31,743 nt of DNA, taken from the IMG/VR virus record IMGVR_UViG_3300049208_000029, positions 1 to 31,743 of that record; one strand, 5' to 3'. Both the position numbers and the translations under genes were made by a program. The stretch comes from a virus. Taxonomy: Duplodnaviria; Caudoviricetes. Positions 17,129-24,488 of the stretch are shown piece by piece; within the stretch, counting starts at the first letter, position 1; every line of letters begins with the position of its first letter. The notes under the pieces were generated by a model, which saw only the letters and a program-made list of their open reading frames with translations, had not been told where the DNA came from and made no database searches.

Positions 17129-17380
17129 ATGCCCAGTCCAGCATTCACCACATCGAAACCGTCCTCGTCGTATGAGTCGGCAGGCCGCCGCCTGCAAGCC
17201 CTGATCGCCGCTCCAAGCGTTCAAAAGGTACAGGCGGTCACAGTGGCGAAGCTGGATCACGAATCACCAGAGGACTGGCAGCGCCTAATGGATGAGATCG
17301 GCGAGACCTCTGGCGTCCGGGTCGAGACCCTGGAGGGCGGCACTGTCAGGATCGGCTGGCGAGATTACTGCGACGCATAA
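17129..17380 (+). CDS. DUF1654-like small protein
   Basis: TAAGGAG RBS; SSYE..GRRLQ.LIAAPSVQK...W......I.ET.GV......G.V.I.W pattern. Confidence 0.8.
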   Translation: MPSPAFTTSKPSSSYESAGRRLQALIAAPSVQKVQAVTVAKLDHESPEDWQRLMDEIGETSGVRVETLEGGTVRIGWRDYCDA

Positions 17381-17382
17381 AT

Positions 17383-17409
17383 GAGCCCGCCATCGAGCGG
17401 GCTTTTTAT
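17383..17409 (+). terminator. Intrinsic terminator
   Basis: AGCCCGC-catcga-GCGGGCT followed by T tract. Confidence 0.85.
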
Positions 17410-17420
17410 CGCCCACAAAT

Positions 17421-17481
17421 TTCAGCAATCTGAATTTATTAATTCAGCATGCTTGACGTGCATATTTCAGCTTGCTTAAAT
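17421..17481 (+). promoter_or_regulatory. OL region: three operators and pL
   Basis: TTCAGCAATCTGAA (17421), TTCAGCATGCTTGA (17443), TTCAGCTTGCTTAA (17466) match OR consensus; TTGACG-N17-TTAAAT. Confidence 0.85.
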
Positions 17482-17530
17482 CCACCTCAAGCCAGCAACG
17501 AACACCGCCGGCCAGCAGCGAAAGCCGCGC

Positions 17531-17543
17531 CGCTCTTTAAAAA
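17531..17543 (+). promoter_or_regulatory. boxA (Nus-binding antitermination element)
   Basis: CGCTCTTTAAAAA about 45 nt after predicted pL start; consensus GCTCTTTAACAA. Confidence 0.8.
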
Positions 17544-17765
17544 CCAGCGCCATGAACGACTACCCGGCCAGTCCGGTTAGGTCACTCCCGGCTCCATCGG
17601 TGGGAGGTCAGTAAACCGATGAACAAAACCGCACTTGCCTCTACCGGCGACCGGCGATCCGACAGGCCCGAAAGCCTGCCAACGCGCAGCCCACTGCGAC
17701 GGCGGACGAGGTGTTGACCGAACTGAGCGAATGACCTGGTAAGCGGGTGCGGAGTAACACGGAAT

Positions 17766-18045
17766 TTTTCACTGATGCACCTGGTGACGGGTGCATTGGG
17801 AAAACAACCGAACGGAGCAACAACATGACTCGCGCTGAATATGAAGACAAAGAATGTATCGCCATCGCCGCGATGCTTGGGCTTCTTGCTCGCTCAACCC
17901 CTGCTTCACCCGAGGAAATCGCCATTGCCGCTTTCGACTATTCCGAGGCGATGGTGGCTGAGCGCCAAAAACGGCTCTGTGACAAGCCAGGGTTCAACGA
18001 CTGATTTCACTGGCTGGCCTTGGCGACAGGGCCAGACGGGAAATC
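17766..18045 (+). repeat. Two covarying leader hairpins (17766-17804 and 18003-18045)
   Basis: TTTCACTG-stem-TGGYGAC-stem-GGGAAA-n-CAACCGA, each just before an RBS. Confidence 0.75.
17825..18004 (+). CDS. Small hypothetical phage protein
   Basis: GGAG RBS; AAMLGLLA...IA..AFDYSEAMVAER helical motif. Confidence 0.7.
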   Translation: MTRAEYEDKECIAIAAMLGLLARSTPASPEEIAIAAFDYSEAMVAERQKRLCDKPGFND

Positions 18046-18061
18046 AACCGAGGGTTACGCA

Positions 18062-18340
18062 ATGAACCAGATTTCAATCGTTGGGTACGAAAGCGAGTGT
18101 AACTGCGAACACTGCGGTCGCTCGCTGAAGCACGGAATCAAGTTGAGCGACGGCCGTATCGTCGGCGCTACTTGCTTGGACAAGAAGCTGACCATGCCGC
18201 GCCTCTACCAAGGCAAGAAATTTCGCTTCGGCGCCGAGTTCATCGTGAAGGTCGCAAAGGTTGTGCAGTTTTACAGTCCGTCGAACTGGTCGAGATTCGG
18301 TGTGTCAGCTTCGTCCGCCACGTTTGAGGCTGCTCAATGA
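18062..18340 (+). CDS. Small Cys-rich putative zinc-binding protein
   Basis: GAGG RBS; CNCEHCGRSLK...VGATC. Confidence 0.75.
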   Translation: MNQISIVGYESECNCEHCGRSLKHGIKLSDGRIVGATCLDKKLTMPRLYQGKKFRFGAEFIVKVAKVVQFYSPSNWSRFGVSASSATFEAAQ

Positions 18341-18549
18341 GCGCGGCATGGTCTGATGAGGTCGGAAGGCTCGAACAGCTGATAGCGCACTACAAGGCTT
18401 ACGGACTGCCGATCGGCGATGACGGTATGGAACCTTTCATCAAAACCAGATGCGAAGCGCTGCGCCTAATGCTCTCGGCATACGAAGCGGCGCTTTCCGA
18501 AATCGAAGAACTCAAGCGACCAACCAGCGCCACGACAGCCTGTCGTTAA
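18337..18549 (+). CDS. Hypothetical protein
   Basis: ATGA overlap with previous gene. Confidence 0.6.
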   Translation: MSAAWSDEVGRLEQLIAHYKAYGLPIGDDGMEPFIKTRCEALRLMLSAYEAALSEIEELKRPTSATTACR

Positions 18550-18572
18550 CTGCCCGATCCTCTCTATGAGAG

Positions 18573-18691
18573 CGCATCGGGGTGTGATCTGAGGCTAAGT
18601 CTCGGGCAGCGGATGTGCCAGCCGGTCGCCTACAGGGCTACCCCTTCCGCCCAATGCCGGTTGAGCCCCGGCCAGATCACACCCCGATGCG
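18573..18691 (+). ncRNA. Candidate cloverleaf-like structured RNA
   Basis: Perfect 19-bp terminal inverted repeat enclosing three sub-hairpins, including a 5-bp stem with 7-nt loop. Confidence 0.55.
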
Positions 18692-18704
18692 GACACCCGA
18701 AAGC

Positions 18705-18944
18705 TCAAAGGTTGCAGCTGTATTGATATTCGAATGGGAAAAAGACGGTATCGACCACCAGAGAAAACGGCGCGTCGATCAGCAAAAAGGGAATCAGCTT
18801 TCCTTTGGAAGTACCCACCAACCACCAGTCGAATCGCACGCCAATGTAGGGGCACCGGTGCTTGTCATAATCCATGCGCATGGCGGTTGCCATACACCCG
18901 CTCAGGCTGGCAATCAGCACCAGTAAAATCGCTTTTCGAACCAC
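18705..18944 (-). CDS. YceK/YidQ-family lipoprotein (moron)
   Basis: LSG-C lipobox; PYIGVRFD and IDAPFSLVVDT..FP motifs. Confidence 0.85.
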   Translation of the reverse strand: MVRKAILLVLIASLSGCMATAMRMDYDKHRCPYIGVRFDWWLVGTSKGKLIPFLLIDAPFSLVVDTVFFPFEYQYSCNL

Positions 18945-19117
18945 GTAACGTCCTTATTACTTCTTTGTGCGGAGCTGGATAGACGCTGGCGCGCAGAGTT
19001 AGTCACCCTCCCCGACCAATCCCGAATGCACTCCCCTCCGAGCCCAACGGCAGCCAACGGAGCGAACGAGTGCATCCGAGTTTTGTTGGATCAACACCCG
19101 CCACCACGGAGGCGACC

Positions 19118-19354
19118 ATGGCTACCAGCTATGCAGACAGTGCGCAGGCCCGAGAGTGGGATCGGCGCTTTGATGAATGGGGGCGCCCCAAAGCGCCGAA
19201 GGTTGAAGACTTTCACGACTACGAAGCCGCAGCGCAAGAACGCACAGAGCGTCAGGCCTTGATGGCAGCTCAAGAGCTGGTCGACCGCAAGGCGCGGGCG
19301 AAGCGAGTTGCGGCAGCGGTGGTCGCCTACGGCGAATTCTGGGGGCTCAAATGA
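19118..19354 (+). CDS. Hypothetical phage protein
   Basis: GGAGG RBS before ATG 19118; ATGA-coupled to next gene. Confidence 0.75.
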   Translation: MATSYADSAQAREWDRRFDEWGRPKAPKVEDFHDYEAAAQERTERQALMAAQELVDRKARAKRVAAAVVAYGEFWGLK

Positions 19355-19584
19355 ACATCCAGCAGCGTGACCATCAAACGGCGGTGACTTGGATCGAGGG
19401 CGAGATCAGCAACATGATCCGCGACCTTGGCAAGCCCAACGCCAGCGCCGCCGCAACATCCTGCATCACCCTGGCCTTCATGCTTCGTGCCATTGACGAC
19501 AACGAGCACCGCCACTTCCGCGCACGCATCGACCAGATCTACGCCTCCTACAACGCCTCCGTATCGCAAGGAGCTGCAGCATGA
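19351..19584 (+). CDS. Hypothetical phage protein
   Basis: 77 aa, ATGA overlaps on both sides. Confidence 0.75.
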   Translation: MNIQQRDHQTAVTWIEGEISNMIRDLGKPNASAAATSCITLAFMLRAIDDNEHRHFRARIDQIYASYNASVSQGAAA

Positions 19585-19751
19585 CAACCGCACCCGTAAA
19601 AACGCTCCTCGATGAGCAGTTGGAAGAGATTGAACGCAGCCTCGCGGTTGTCGGCGCAGGTATCCCTCGCGAACTTCCTGTTTCAGCGCTTCCCCCTCCA
19701 CTGGTGGCCGCCATCAAACAAGGCCGCATTGCTGTGAGGGCTCGGCCATGA
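19581..19751 (+). CDS. Hypothetical phage protein (56 aa)
   Basis: Manual translation MTTAPVKTLLDEQLEEIERSL...; AAGGAG RBS; ATGA overlaps. Confidence 0.7.
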   Translation: MTTAPVKTLLDEQLEEIERSLAVVGAGIPRELPVSALPPPLVAAIKQGRIAVRARP

Positions 19752-19873
19752 AAATCATGTTCTGGTGTCTTGCCGCTGGCCTGCTGGTGGTTATGGCTGC
19801 TTACAGCGCGGCTCGCGATTCCTCCGGCGTGTGCCAGGTGCCGCGCTCAGCTACCTACGACGTGTTCCGATGA
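19748..19873 (+). CDS. Small membrane or exported peptide (41 aa)
   Basis: Manual translation MKIMFWCLAAGLLVVMAAYSAARDSSGVC...; ATGA overlaps. Confidence 0.6.
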   Translation: MKIMFWCLAAGLLVVMAAYSAARDSSGVCQVPRSATYDVFR

Positions 19874-19986
19874 CCAGCCTTCAGCGTGCGCGCCGCATCT
19901 TGATTCGGCGCGGATCGTTTCGAGTTCTCTCGATCTACACCTTCCTGATGCTGCTCAGCGCCCTCGCCGATCGCATCACTCAATAA
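19870..19986 (+). CDS. Small membrane peptide (38 aa)
   Basis: MTSLQRARRILIRRGSFRVLSIYTFLMLLSALADRITQ; ATGA overlap. Confidence 0.6.
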   Translation: MTSLQRARRILIRRGSFRVLSIYTFLMLLSALADRITQ

Positions 19987-20029
19987 CCCAAGCATTCAAT
20001 CGCTGCGCATGTCGCGGCAAGGATTTCCC

Positions 20030-20848
20030 GTGAGCGCAGTAATGAAGCAGGAAGACCAATTGCCTGCGATGTCTGAGGCGGCACTTGTTGAGGTGCTGAG
20101 CAACAGCCTCTACCCAGGCGCAGAAAAGAACTCGGTGATGATGGTGTTGGCTTACTGCCAGGCCGCGCATCTGGACCCAATGCTGAAGCCTGTGCACATC
20201 GTGCCGATCTGGAACACCAAAGCGAAAAAGATGCAGGACACGGTAATGCCCGGCATTGGTCTTTATCGCATCCAGGCCGCGCGCACTGGGCAGTACGCAG
20301 GTATCAGCGATCCTGAATACGGACCGCCAATTACCGCAAAGCTGGGCGGCGTGGACGTCACCTATCCAGAGTGGTGCCGGGTGACCGTCAAGCGCCAAAT
20401 GTCGAATGGCCTCGTTGCCGAGTTCACCGCAAACGAGCGCTGGCTTGAGAACTACGCAACGGCCGGCAAGGACACGATTGCCCCGAACACCATGTGGAAG
20501 CGCCGCGCTTTCGCCCAGCTCGCCAAGTGCGCTGAGGCTCAAGCGTTGCGCAAAGCGTTCCCCGAGGTTGGATCAGCACCAACCGCCGACGAGATGGAAG
20601 GCAAAACATTCGAAGAGGCGCCGCGCGACGTGAGTCCGCAGAGGCAGCAAGAGCCTGAGCCCGAAGCTCTTCCGCCCTACTCCGATGATCTCCTGAAAGA
20701 GAACATCGCCAAATGGCAGCCACTTGTTGATGCCAACCGAACCAGCCCAGAACACCTGATCGCGACCATCAGCAGCAAGTACACGCTCAGCCCCGCCCAG
20801 ATCGAAAAAATCCAGAACCTCAAAGCCATCGACGGAGACACAGCATGA
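20030..20848 (+). CDS. bet: Single-strand annealing recombinase Bet
   Basis: YCQAAHLDPMLKPVHIVP, GIGLYRIQAARTG and QLAKCAEAQALRKAFP motifs. Confidence 0.92.
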   Translation: MSAVMKQEDQLPAMSEAALVEVLSNSLYPGAEKNSVMMVLAYCQAAHLDPMLKPVHIVPIWNTKAKKMQDTVMPGIGLYRIQAARTGQYAGISDPEYGPPITAKLGGVDVTYPEWCRVTVKRQMSNGLVAEFTANERWLENYATAGKDTIAPNTMWKRRAFAQLAKCAEAQALRKAFPEVGSAPTADEMEGKTFEEAPRDVSPQRQQEPEPEALPPYSDDLLKENIAKWQPLVDANRTSPEHLIATISSKYTLSPAQIEKIQNLKAIDGDTA

Positions 20849-22467
20849 AAATTCACAACGTAGCTCAAGGCTCCGCCGAGTGGCACGCACTGCGTGCTCA
20901 GCACTTCACCGCCTCCGAGGCGCCCGCAATGATGGGCGCTTCGAAGTACCAGACCCGCACCGACCTGCTGACCATGAAGAAAACCGGCATTGCGCCGGAG
21001 GTCACTCAGGCGCAGCAGTACATCTTCGACAAGGGCCACGCCACCGAAGCTATGGCACGCCCCCTTGTGGAGGTGATGATCGGCGAGGAGCTTTACCCGG
21101 TCGTAGGCACCGAAGGAAATCTTCTGGCGTCCATGGATGGCGCAACGATGCTTGGCGAGACGCTGTTCGAGCACAAACTTTGGAACGAATCGTTGGTCAC
21201 CCAGGTGAAGGCCGGCGAGCTGGATCCGCACTACTACTGGCAGCTTGAGCAGCAACTGCTGGTGAGCGGCGCCGAGCGCGTGATTTTCGTGTGCTCCGAC
21301 GGCACCGCCGAAAACTTCGTGCACATGGAATACCGACCTGTCGCCGGCCGCGCCGCGCAGTTGGTCGAAGGCTGGAAACAGTTCGAGGCCGACCTGGCCA
21401 ACTTCGAAATGGCCGAGGCGCCGTCGATTGTCGTCGGCAAGGCCCCGGACGAGCTGCCAGCGCTACGCATCGAACTGACCGGCATGGTCACCGCAAGCAA
21501 CCTCAAGGTGTTCGAGGATTCGGCTCTCGCTGTCATCGACTCTGTGAAAACCACGCTGCAGACCGACCAAGACTTTGCCGACGCCAAAAAGGCGGTCAAG
21601 TGGTGCGGCGATGTCGAAGAAGCGGTTGCGGTAGCGAAGAAACAAGCGCTCTCCCAAACCCAAAGCATTGACGAGCTTTTCTCGTCTCTTGATCGAATCA
21701 GCGCACATGCTCGCGAGACGCGCTTGAAGGTCGACAAGCTTGTGAAGGCTCAAGAGCTGCTGGTGAAGACCAACATCAAGCAGAAGGCTGAGCAGGCGCT
21801 GGCGGATCACGTCGCGGCCATCAATAAAACACTGGGCCGGGTAACGCTGCCAGCGGTTGCTTCCGACTTCGCCGGCGCGATGAAGAACAAACGCACCATT
21901 GCCAGTCTGCAGGACGCCGTCGATACCGAGCTGGCTCGAGCAAAAATCGCCGCGAGCCAGTCAGCAGATGCAATTCGCTTGAATTTGACCAGCTTGGCCG
22001 AGCTCGCGCCCGACCATGCATTCTTGTTCAACGACATCCAACAGCTCGTTCTGAAGGCCAACGATGACCTGGTCGCGCTGATCAAGGTTCGAATCTCCGA
22101 ACACCAGAAGGCAGAGGAGCAGAAAGCCGAAGCACAGCGCGAGCAGATCCGCCAGCAGGAGCTGAAGCGAATCGAGGACGAGGCAAAAGCCAAGGCGCCG
22201 GTCGAACAGGCTCCAGTTGCCAGCCCGGCACCGATGAAAGCTGCGGCGCCGGTTCAGTCTGCGTCGAAGCCAGCAGCAGCAACTGCGGCGCCGGCGAACC
22301 TGCAGGCCGAAGTGTTCGATCTGGAAGAGCTGATCAAAGCAGTTGCCTACGGCCAAGCGCCTATCTCGGTGCTGACCGTGAGCTGGGAACACCTCGACGC
22401 ACTGGTCGCCGATCAGGGCAACAAATTCAGCATGGCCGGCGTGAGGCTGGTAAAGGTGGCAGCATGA
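20845..22467 (+). CDS. YqaJ / lambda-exonuclease family protein with long helical extension
   Basis: QGSAEWHALR..FTASE, ASMDG, FEHK and YWQLEQQL motifs; coupled to bet. Confidence 0.92.
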   Translation: MKIHNVAQGSAEWHALRAQHFTASEAPAMMGASKYQTRTDLLTMKKTGIAPEVTQAQQYIFDKGHATEAMARPLVEVMIGEELYPVVGTEGNLLASMDGATMLGETLFEHKLWNESLVTQVKAGELDPHYYWQLEQQLLVSGAERVIFVCSDGTAENFVHMEYRPVAGRAAQLVEGWKQFEADLANFEMAEAPSIVVGKAPDELPALRIELTGMVTASNLKVFEDSALAVIDSVKTTLQTDQDFADAKKAVKWCGDVEEAVAVAKKQALSQTQSIDELFSSLDRISAHARETRLKVDKLVKAQELLVKTNIKQKAEQALADHVAAINKTLGRVTLPAVASDFAGAMKNKRTIASLQDAVDTELARAKIAASQSADAIRLNLTSLAELAPDHAFLFNDIQQLVLKANDDLVALIKVRISEHQKAEEQKAEAQREQIRQQELKRIEDEAKAKAPVEQAPVASPAPMKAAAPVQSASKPAAATAAPANLQAEVFDLEELIKAVAYGQAPISVLTVSWEHLDALVADQGNKFSMAGVRLVKVAA

Positions 22468-22706
22468 TCAGCAACCACCTCAACCTCGTCGAGCAGCACC
22501 GGCCGGACGCCGAATCGATCTCTGAACGAATCGCCCAGTACCTGGCCGCCGGCGGGCGAATCGACCAACTGAAAAGCCCGCCGCGCAATCCGCTGCCACC
22601 GCCCCGCTCGAAGAAAATAGACCCTGAAACGGTCCACAAGCGGCGGCCGAAGCCGATATCGACGGCCGAACGCAAGGCGCTGCGCAAAATGGCGGACTCG
22701 CTATGA
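22464..22706 (+). CDS. Hypothetical phage protein
   Basis: 80 aa, ATGA overlaps; YLAAGGRI motif. Confidence 0.75.
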   Translation: MISNHLNLVEQHRPDAESISERIAQYLAAGGRIDQLKSPPRNPLPPPRSKKIDPETVHKRRPKPISTAERKALRKMADSL

Positions 22707-23167
22707 AGTCGAAACGCAAACCCAACAACGGTTTCGCCCGGGCTGAACGCAGCTGCCGGGCGCTGCTGCGCACCAACCACGTAGCGGTGGTGAACATCGA
22801 TCCCAGCGGCAGCCAGATAATGGCGAACTGGAAGAGCTGCCGGCAGATCCGCAGTCTGGCGATCGCCAACGCGATCTTCGATTTCTCCTACCGCTGGACG
22901 ATTTACATCGCCGCCATGTGTCGAGACGAGCGCGGCGCAGAGTACATCAAGTCGGTGGAGATCTCGCCCGAGGGCATCTACAAGGTCGAGCGCCTGACCG
23001 ATGCGATCGAGCATTACTATCTGGAGCTGCGCAACAGCGCGAACCCGAACCATCTGGTCGCGTCGGGCTGGATCGCCATTCCCGACGAGATCTCGATGGA
23101 CGAAGCCCAAGCCGCGAGGCTGTTCTACGCCGCCGGCGCCTGGCATCAGGTGAAGGTCGCAGCGTGA
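22703..23167 (+). CDS. Hypothetical phage protein
   Basis: 154 aa, ATGA overlap. Confidence 0.8.
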   Translation: MKSKRKPNNGFARAERSCRALLRTNHVAVVNIDPSGSQIMANWKSCRQIRSLAIANAIFDFSYRWTIYIAAMCRDERGAEYIKSVEISPEGIYKVERLTDAIEHYYLELRNSANPNHLVASGWIAIPDEISMDEAQAARLFYAAGAWHQVKVAA

Positions 23168-23242
23168 GACGTCTTCGCACCCAACAACGCAAACGACAGG
23201 CCTGGCTGGACTTGCCGGCCAGCGGAATTGAAGAGGTAGGCC

Positions 23243-23578
23243 ATGGCCAAGACTGGACAGGAGCGATCGGCGAAGGCCGCGCTGAAACGGATCGAGCTCG
23301 ACGAAAAGGAACTGCGGCACCGGTGCCGGCTCGGTACACGGCAAAAGCTGGAAGAGCTCATGGCCTGGAACGAGGACACCGAACAAGCTTCAGTGATTGA
23401 GGGTTGTCTGCGCTATGTGCATTCGCTTGGGCCAGACGCTGCTCGGGAAGCGTTGAAAGCGCGCCACGAAATCGTGATTAGCAAAAACGTGGCGCGGAAG
23501 TTTCGTAATCAAACCCTAGCTGAGCTGAAGCGCAACCCAGGGGATGAAATCATTGCGCCGGCGCTTTTAAACTCTTAA
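23243..23578 (+). CDS. Hypothetical phage protein (possible DNA-binding)
   Basis: GAGG RBS; MAKTGQERSAK basic N-terminus. Confidence 0.75.
   Translation: MAKTGQERSAKAALKRIELDEKELRHRCRLGTRQKLEELMAWNEDTEQASVIEGCLRYVHSLGPDAAREALKARHEIVISKNVARKFRNQTLAELKRNPGDEIIAPALLNS
23460..23496. repeat. Dispersed palindrome copy 3
   Basis: CGCGCCACG-N19-CGTGGCGCG. Confidence 0.7.
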
Positions 23579-24395
23579 TTGCAGCTAGAGCCTCCTTATT
23601 TTTACCAAAGGCCTTTTCCTCCATGAAAAATACATGATCGACATCCAATAACAAGTTAATATCTAGATTGTCGAACAGCTCGTAGTTATTTGCATACTTT
23701 TGGAAGTTTCTACCTTTACGACTCAAGCAATTATAGTACAGGAAGACGAGTTCGTAGTCCGACAGAAGCGATCGCGCCACTCGTGCCAAGTGCTTTTCGT
23801 CTCCATACTCAGCTAACTCAACGAACCTGAAAACAGAGTACAAACTTCTGAAATACAACCCCAAATCACCTTGGTGAGATCGTAAAATTTGCTCGTATGC
23901 CATCCCTGCTCGGAAGCTTTTGCTGCGCCCATCTTCATAGTTCCCATTATATTCACGGCATAATTTTTTATGCCAATCCCTAAAACAGTCTCGTCCCTCA
24001 ATCGTGTACTGAATATCATGTCTATTTATATGGAGATCAAATCCTTGAATGACCTGCTGCTGCAGCGTCAACATACTATAAAACTGCGATTCAGTTTGCT
24101 GCTTTGCATTTTGCAACTGGCTGTCCGCCAAATCCTTCCTCTGAAGCAATAAAGTAATTAATACGCCAGAAAACGCTAATCCCGAGAAGAGAGCATTCAA
24201 AACTCCGAATGCATCGCCAAAAACGCCCGAGCGAACGCCGGTTAAGTTACCGCTACTATCGATTGATGTTTCGTACCCTGCGTACAGAAAAGCGTAGTAA
24301 GCGGTGTACACACCAATAACAAATGAAACAGCGAGAAGTCCCAAAATTATAGGCTTCCAAGATTTACTTTGTTTACTCATATTAAGCACGCTCAT
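23550..24395 (-). CDS. Putative abortive infection protein (putAbiC-like) with two N-terminal TMs
   Basis: GVFGDAFG.LNALFSGLAF, ESQFYSML, GRDCF, LGLYFRSLY and RSLLS.YEL..LYYN motifs; AT-rich; start 24395 or 24380. Confidence 0.85.
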   Translation of the reverse strand: MSVLNMSKQSKSWKPIILGLLAVSFVIGVYTAYYAFLYAGYETSIDSSGNLTGVRSGVFGDAFGVLNALFSGLAFSGVLITLLLQRKDLADSQLQNAKQQTESQFYSMLTLQQQVIQGFDLHINRHDIQYTIEGRDCFRDWHKKLCREYNGNYEDGRSKSFRAGMAYEQILRSHQGDLGLYFRSLYSVFRFVELAEYGDEKHLARVARSLLSDYELVFLYYNCLSRKGRNFQKYANNYELFDNLDINLLLDVDHVFFMEEKAFGKNKEALAAIKSLKAPAQ

Positions 24396-24488
24396 TGATC
24401 CGGCTCCATGCCGGTCACCCGTAATACCCCAACCAAAACCAAATTGCCACCACCGGTCACGGAGGGCGGCGCCTGACTGGAGATATCC

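Noticed and set aside
18585-18683. A bona fide tRNA gene
   Set aside because: Lacks TTC in the T loop, a proper anticodon arm and a CCA end; kept only as a tRNA-shaped candidate
22427-23400. ORFs 22427..23386 (-) and 22918..23400 (+)
   Set aside because: Overlap a chain of coupled plus-strand genes with better starts
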